A DNA stretch of 64,000 nt from Haplodiscus bocki (Eukaryota), in assembly GCA_965655095.1 (NCBI GenBank), contig OZ296650.1:133858001-133922000 (forward strand), in the 5' to 3' direction. The translations under genes and the position numbers were made by a program. Positions 57,348 through 64,000 of the stretch are shown one piece after another; the first letter of the stretch is position 1; each line of letters starts with the position of its first letter. The notes under the pieces are model-generated. The model had not been told where the DNA came from. It did not search any database and saw nothing but the letters and a program-made list of their open reading frames with translations.

Positions 57348-60300
57348 GACGGTGAAAATTACCAGAAGGCGGGATTTTTTGCATCCAATTTTTTTTGCTG
57401 CATCATTTCTGGTGATTGGTTCTTTTTTCTAAAGGGTTGTTTTTATAAAAGGAAACTGTTGTTTTTTTATTTACGATACCTTACTCCAGGCTGAAGATTA
57501 GCTCACACGACGCGGTACAACTGATACATGGATACATCGACAGTTTGTCTCACACCGTTAGATTGGGTTTTTTCCGCAAAACCTATAGTTTTCTTGACTT
57601 TTTTAAAAGTTGACAACAGCAGCAATGAAGGATGGCAAACATACTTTCTGGTCGATTTTTACACAAACTCAGGTCAAAACGGCGCTAATGTAACAAATTT
57701 TTAAAGTTGTCAGCTGCAGAAATAATATTTAACTTCACCCACCTACCCGTGACCGACTTACATAACAATGAACGTTTTCATTGGATATCCTTCCCATTTA
57801 TTTAATCCGGAATTTTTCAAAGAAATCATTGGCTTGCAGAATGGGTGATGTACCTGAAGCATTTCTTGGTGGTCCTCCATACCGTTTTTTGTTCTTCAGA
57901 GAAACAATATTGGTGTTGCGGGCTCGTCCACGTCATTTGGCCTTTTTCATACATGAAAAAGTACAGTTAGGTGTTCTGTACCAGAGAAATTCATGAACAA
58001 AAAGTTCCGCGCCAAAACATTTCATCCATTATGTAACTATTTTATTCATGCACCGTTCAAAACGCATTAAATACGTTTAATGCGTCCAGAAGCAGAACAA
58101 AAGGATTAATGGTAACTAGCCATTTTCATCGTTGACTTGAGACACTTGTCTCCATTGTCTCCATCAAGTCATCGTCAGCCATAGGTTATGACAAGTTAAA
58201 GGCCACTTTGATGACGTATCAGTGCTGATAGTAGACTAAATGTGTGTCTTTCTTTTGTCAAGTGGTGAAATTCGTGCTTTGATTTTCCTGATTTTCAGCT
58301 TTTACCAACAATAAACGTGGTTAGTGAAAGGAATCGAAACAGTTTCTGAAGGTAACATGCTCAGTTAAAACGATGCTTCTTTACTATTGATGTCTTTCAA
58401 GAGTGGTTTCGATTTTAATAATTTTTTTCTTCTACAGACCGAACCAGAACTGTCGCGTTCCACAAACGTTTTTGCGTGAGGTTCTTGGAAGAGGCTATTC
58501 GGTCGGTTCCGACGCATACATAACGGAGTTTTACACTTATTCCAAAATAACTTTTGAATTTTGTGTAAAAAATTACTTGTTGTCAGATAAAATGATCAGC
58601 GAACGAGCATGTTATGGATACGTTTTATTCTTGTGAAGTTTTGTCGAGGTTTCTTTTTGGATATTGCGTTTTTATATCAAATCATAAATTGTTTCACGTG
58701 AACTCGGCATCGCCAATTTCCAATCCCGCATTTGAACCCTTTCATGTAGATACCTTTTCGTATGTGATAGAAACGTATGAACTGTTCATCCTGTAATTCC
58801 TGACTCACTGAAGTCTCAACTGACTTTGGTGAACAATTTTTGGCTCGTGTCGATAAATTCGGCGCATTAACTTTGGTAAATTACTTTGCTAACGTTTTCC
58901 TGGGAGAAGAGTGCTGTGTAACGCTTGTCAGAATCGCTGGCTGACTACTAATACTCTTCAATAATTTCTAAAACTAAAAGGGGGACTACGCTGTTATCAT
59001 CGTACATGAAATGTTGAAATAGTTAATGGCGCATTGGAGACGTGGGAAATTGAAAAGTAAACAAAATAATCGTTACTTTTAATGTATCCCCTTGGTTGCC
59101 AACGTTGACTGGCATTAGAGGAACAATTTCTACAGGTTCAACAAAGTTGAGCATATTAATGGTTTTGCTTAGGAGGAGAACTTGCTTTCATTTACTTTTT
59201 AACCGTCTGCGGCCTAAACACTGGTCACGTAACATTTAGTGTTCGCCATTCGTTAGCTGGTGAGTTTGGTGTCAGTCATGCGGTAAACTGAAAACAAGGG
59301 ATAATTTCTTAGACAAACAGACCGTTTCCGCTGTCAGTGCGGGAATGAAAGATTACGTAACGTTCTTGTTTCACGCTTTTGAAATAAGGGTTTTATCTCT
59401 TTTCAACTGAGCAGTAAAACGCTGTAACATGATATCCTACTTTGTTCAACAGTTCAATGTCAGTTTAATTTAAGCTAATTTTTCATGTTTATTGCTTTAG
59501 ATATATTTGCTGTTCTTATCGCCAACTACAGGACGGTTAAGTTTCCAGCAGTAAAAAGCAAGCTTCAGATTGATTGCCATTGTAGTCAGCTTGAAGTAAA
59601 GGCAGATAATTGTGTAGTCTGTGTCATTATAGGAAATTCTTCATGATTTTCGGGTGCTCATTAAAAATAACGTTCGAATATATGAAAGGCAGAATAAACT
59701 TGAGTATTTTTTTGTTTTTGGTTGTGCTGTGCTGGCAGGGAAGAAAATGATGCAATTTTGCGTGTATCTGCAAAAGTTTATTTTCGTTTTTGTTTGTGTT
59801 TGCCAATTGTCACCATATTGAGTAAATTAATGACAAAAAGTGTGTTTCTCGTGCAGTTGTGTGAATGGTCTCTGTTTCATTCCACGTCAAAAGGGGCAAG
59901 TAATTGGCTGGTACCAATTATCGCAAGTGAAAGTTTTTGGGGAATTTTGACATACGCCTCCTTCCTGTAGGAGTTTGCTGGTTTTTGTTGCAGACCAAAA
60001 CTTGCGACCTGAAGTCAAAGATTTTATATCGGCTTCCCTTTCTTGAAGGGTTAATTTGGAAAGTAGTTTATTGCTTCTTGTAAATGTTTAGAGACTTTCA
60101 TTGTGTTTTCTATGTGCTTTGCCTGTAGGACTTTTGCTATTTGATGTCGGCACGAGTGAAGCACTATATGTAAAAGGCATCTTCCCAAAGCCTTGGTTTC
60201 GCTCAGAGGCCTTCGCAAAACCAAGGCGCTTCTGTTTTTCATTATTCAATTCGCAATGGAAACTGTAACCGTTATGGAAACAGTCCTTTCCTAAAAACTT

Positions 60301-63300
60301 CAAAAAGGTTTGAAATGCGGAAAGGAATAAATATCACAGTCTGTATGTCGAATTTATAGCAGCCTCTGGAGCTCTATTTGTCGCAAATGGGTCCTTGGCG
60401 GCTTCAATTATCTGGGGTCTGTAATTTTTTTTGTGTTTCAAATAGGTATGGTAAATTTTGACATGCTGCTTCCCTTTTTTGTGCAATCAAACCTGCAACC
60501 AAAAAGCAAAACATGAAGCGTCGCCGTTGTACTTCGTGTGGACAATTTGCTGTTGCAAGCCATGTTTGCTTGAAGGACATTGATCGAGAACTTCAATCTG
60601 ATGAGCCGCTGGGCATCTTATACAAAATTCCCGACGTTTCAATCTCCGTTTCACCTGTTGCAAGAAGTGAAACTCTGAACTGTCTCTCAACTTTAGGTCT
60701 AACTGATTTTTTAGTCTCTCCAGACGTTTCGATCGCAAATGACAGTATCATTTGTACTTTGCGTCCGGCGCGTGTAACTGCGATTCTTGGCGATGGTAAT
60801 TGTCTTTTCTCATCCTTAGCAGTTGCTCTCGGTTTGTCACAGGATTGTAGTTCAATTCTACGGAATATAATTGTTAGCAACATAATGTTCATCAACTTCC
60901 CTCCAAACAGCTTACAAACCACAATTTACTCCACTGATTTTCCAAACCAATACCGTGTTTTGCTTTGTACGTCGGTTCAAGAGTACCTCAGTTTGTCGAA
61001 AATGGAAGAAAATGGAGTCTTCGGAACATGCGTTGAAATATACGCGTTTTGTCAGATTTTCCAAGTGGACGTATATTTATACCATGTTCCTCTGAAATCC
61101 TGGTTGGTTTATGAATTCTCTCTGAGCACGAATCGACGTGGAATTTTCATTCAGCAAACCTGGAATGCAAATCACTTCGAAGTAATCAGTCAGTTGGTTT
61201 CAGTCGCAAATGAAGAAAACGTTGCAGGTTCACAAAGAATTTCGTGTCTTGGTTCCAACGCATTGCATTTGTCTTTGTCAATTTTGCGAGAAGATAATAA
61301 ATCTTTCAGGTACCCAGAAAACACAACAGGGGTGCCACCAGCGAAAAAAGCAAAACACACTGCGGATCCATCCACCTGGAAGACACGCCTTGAAACTCAC
61401 GTCACACCCACTCCAAGTCAAAAATTCTGTAACGCAAAGTCTGATCAAAATTTTCCGATGCTACCGTTGTCAGAAAACGCTACCAAACCTGTTGTGGACA
61501 AAGAAATACCCAAAATCAAGGATCTGTACACTAACACTGCTACGGCTTCACACAGTGATGCGACGATTGAACAAACGACAGATGGTAAATCTAAGTCTGC
61601 TGACGGAGAGTTTTGCGGCAAATGCTTGCGACAATCCACGCTGCAATATCCGTTAAAGCTTACTCAGAAACAAAAATCAGATTTTAAAAACCGAATGTTT
61701 GGTAACCGAATCAAGGACGCTTTTCCCATATTATGCAATCAATGTCTAATTTACTGCACTTCCGAACGCATCGAGTGGAGTCACGCATGGCCGTCTGTTT
61801 TTTTCACGCTTTTGAGTGATGAAAAAATGCCCAAGGAGCAGCAGTTGAATGTTTTAACGTTGTTATCTGGGGAACTGAGACAGCAATGGATGGGTTGCTT
61901 GGAAAAATTTACTCCATGTGTCCAACAATTTCTCAATGGGAAACAAATCAATGGGAAATGTGTCGTTGACGGAACCGCTCGTTTGCATTATTTCCAGAAA
62001 CTGATCAAAACTCTTCTACAAGAACAAATTGCAGTTGCTTTGGATAAAGAACCTTACCCGAACGTTCGGTGCCCATTTGGTTGCTGGTGTTTCATTGAAG
62101 ATTCCGGTTTCATCACTGCGAAACACTTTTTGAATCTATTCGACCCAGCTTTCACATCTTTTGGAGCTTCTAGTCATTTACATCTTAGAGGAATTAGGTC
62201 AGATTTCTTGGTTGCAACGTCATCATTGCGGAAGTTTCTAATTGCAACAACTGTGCGTGTAGACGAAGAAGAAGGATTGGTTGTTCACGCTTGCCCCATG
62301 CACTCGAAGGGGTCGTCTGTGCAATACCTTCATCCTCCATCGCATCCTGTCCTGTCAAGAACTGCGTTAATTCACGATGAACGTTTGAGTATGGTGGCAC
62401 CAACAATTTCGTGGATAACAAACATTAAAGCAAATTTCGCCAGTCATACCTACCAGTTATTGAAAAGTGTTGGCTCTTATAGTGGAATGAGTACAGTTCA
62501 GTTGCGGCGGAGAACGCGTTGGGACATCACCAGCGATATCTTGTACCACGCTGAAGGCCTCGCTTGCCGTTTTCGAGAAGATGTTAAAACGAAGATTCGT
62601 GAATGGGTGAGAGAAGGTAAAATCGTTGAAGATGTAGCTTTGGGGATTCTTGACTATCCTGCACAGATTGAGAACATTTCAGACTGTTTGTTGCCTGCCC
62701 TTTCTACAGATTTGGAGACTTGTGTAGAATTAGCTAAAGTTCTAGATAAAAATGATAAAGACTATTTAAACAACGTGGAAGCTTTGAGCTGTTATTCCTT
62801 CGCCCACGGAACCTGCGAGTATGGTTGTTCGCCCCCTCCTCTGAATTGTAAAGGCAGCAATGTTTTTTGGCTTGTACAAGCTGCACTGTGTCTGTCACCG
62901 TTGATGTGTCGTTCTTTGGTAACATCAGGTAAGTATTCTGTGACCTTGAAGCCCTTGATATCTTTGCTGAGGAATGTCTTTATTACCTCAAAGGCAATGA
63001 AAAAAACCAGCAATACCCTACTTCTACAGCGCTCGGAAGAAGCAATAAGCACCTTGCTAGAGAAAAACCGAACTGAAGAGCAGTTAAAAGGTGTGAAGTA
63101 CTGTTGTTGCCATCTCGCAGCACAATTTTTGGCAACTGTGTCTGGGAATTTTTGCCACATCCCCTTAACGAATCGAAAAAATATAACTTGTTATACAAAT
63201 GTGCAACTTCCCGTTGAAACAACTCACGCTTTATTCACCACCAATTCTCCCAATAATTTGCGGAGCAAAAGCGAACCTCCGTTAAGGTTGGTTGTCAACG

Positions 63301-64000
63301 ATATCGGCTATGAACTGATTGCAGTCGGAGCAAAGGACGGAGGCCCGGCCGACGAGCCAAGGTTGATGGTTCGACATGCACGTGACTTCCAAAAGTTCTG
63401 GCTTTTGGAGAAAAGCTGCAGATACGCTAGGAAGATGACAGAATCTAGAACTGAGGCTTTGAGTTCAGGTCTTCGTGGATATTGGACGATAGCATTTTAT
63501 GAGAAATCAAGAAATCTTGAATCAGCTGATTTGAAATGGAACTTTCTGAGCACTTTGACGGGTCAAGGCGTCTTCATCTGTGAATCTCATGACGTTCCTT
63601 TGACAAGAGACTTCAGAAAGAGCAGTTTTCGTTGTAGATGCACCCGTGCTTCTTTTTTGCGTTGCCCTTATTCCCAATGTAACAGTTGCGTATGCAAGCG
63701 TCACTTCAACGAAGGTCTACAGAGTCGGAATAGGCGTGTTCTTGTTGATCCAATGCCGATGTCGAAAAAGAGGGGAAATACGCAATTCTCACCTGTTAAT
63801 TCAGAGTCGTCTACCATGCAGGTTGTATCAGAAACATCATCTATTGTAGAGTCAATCGAATCAAGCGAGCCTGATGCAGCAGCAATTGCCTTTGGTAGGG
63901 TGTCCAACAACAATTTTTCTGTTGTTGGGGATTTCTCTTTCGAAGTTGACAACCATGAACCTCTTGAAGACAGCGTGAATGTATTGGCTAGTCTCCAAAC
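57348..64000 (+). mobile_element. Second, divergent Helitron-like element in head-to-head orientation (left boundary uncertain)
   Basis: Homologous polyprotein on the opposite strand. Rep and helicase are expected beyond the window. Confidence 0.65.
60513..64000 (+). CDS. Divergent sister-family polyprotein (OTU, Cys-rich domain, Zn finger; 3'-partial, >1160 aa)
   Basis: Manual translation is open from ATG 60513 to the window end. Motifs GDGNCLFSSL, FGTCVEIYAF, NHFEV, CGKCLR, AWPSV, YPNVRCPFGC, QYLHPPSHP, ANFASHTYQLLK, RWDITSD, LTRDF and SFLRCP are all collinear with the array protein. Confidence 0.9.
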   Translation, partial: MKRRRCTSCGQFAVASHVCLKDIDRELQSDEPLGILYKIPDVSISVSPVARSETLNCLSTLGLTDFLVSPDVSIANDSIICTLRPARVTAILGDGNCLFSSLAVALGLSQDCSSILRNIIVSNIMFINFPPNSLQTTIYSTDFPNQYRVLLCTSVQEYLSLSKMEENGVFGTCVEIYAFCQIFQVDVYLYHVPLKSWLVYEFSLSTNRRGIFIQQTWNANHFEVISQLVSVANEENVAGSQRISCLGSNALHLSLSILREDNKSFRYPENTTGVPPAKKAKHTADPSTWKTRLETHVTPTPSQKFCNAKSDQNFPMLPLSENATKPVVDKEIPKIKDLYTNTATASHSDATIEQTTDGKSKSADGEFCGKCLRQSTLQYPLKLTQKQKSDFKNRMFGNRIKDAFPILCNQCLIYCTSERIEWSHAWPSVFFTLLSDEKMPKEQQLNVLTLLSGELRQQWMGCLEKFTPCVQQFLNGKQINGKCVVDGTARLHYFQKLIKTLLQEQIAVALDKEPYPNVRCPFGCWCFIEDSGFITAKHFLNLFDPAFTSFGASSHLHLRGIRSDFLVATSSLRKFLIATTVRVDEEEGLVVHACPMHSKGSSVQYLHPPSHPVLSRTALIHDERLSMVAPTISWITNIKANFASHTYQLLKSVGSYSGMSTVQLRRRTRWDITSDILYHAEGLACRFREDVKTKIREWVREGKIVEDVALGILDYPAQIENISDCLLPALSTDLETCVELAKVLDKNDKDYLNNVEALSCYSFAHGTCEYGCSPPPLNCKGSNVFWLVQAALCLSPLMCRSLVTSGKYSVTLKPLISLLRNVFITSKAMKKTSNTLLLQRSEEAISTLLEKNRTEEQLKGVKYCCCHLAAQFLATVSGNFCHIPLTNRKNITCYTNVQLPVETTHALFTTNSPNNLRSKSEPPLRLVVNDIGYELIAVGAKDGGPADEPRLMVRHARDFQKFWLLEKSCRYARKMTESRTEALSSGLRGYWTIAFYEKSRNLESADLKWNFLSTLTGQGVFICESHDVPLTRDFRKSSFRCRCTRASFLRCPYSQCNSCVCKRHFNEGLQSRNRRVLVDPMPMSKKRGNTQFSPVNSESSTMQVVSETSSIVESIESSEPDAAAIAFGRVSNNNFSVVGDFSFEVDNHEPLEDSVNVLASLQ

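Noticed and set aside
57700-59300. Fragmentary minus-strand reading frames in the spacer
   Set aside because: Multiple stops and no recognisable homology.

Overview
Eukaryotic (probably invertebrate animal, inferred) DNA dominated by a head-to-tail array of about four near-identical ~15-kb copies (1-57347) of a rolling-circle transposon of the Helitron/Helentron (Helitron2-like) class, all genes on the minus strand. Each unit encodes a giant polyprotein that reconstructs to ~2780 aa. Its order is: hydrophobic leader, 2A-like ribosome-skip motif (GIETNPG/P), NLS-like PPKKKK, OTU cysteine protease, Cys-rich unknown domain, possible inactive USP-like fold, Zn-finger, HUH Y2 Rep, PIF1 helicase, and an unusual C-terminal SLX1-type GIY-YIG nuclease. 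Each unit also carries a 217-aa SGNH-like ORF and a 330-aa putative OB-fold/Zn protein. No copy has the full polyprotein intact: a nonsense codon, an 11-bp deletion and a poly-T slip occur in mosaic combinations. Each unit has a perfect 19-bp-stem hairpin and a structured non-coding region with CCGTCAT repeats, inverted repeats and hairpins. The array end and an internal 243-bp deletion break within 7 bp of each other in that region. After 57347 a divergent sister element lies head-to-head on the plus strand, with an open ORF from 60513 past the window end that is absent from the supplied ORF track.
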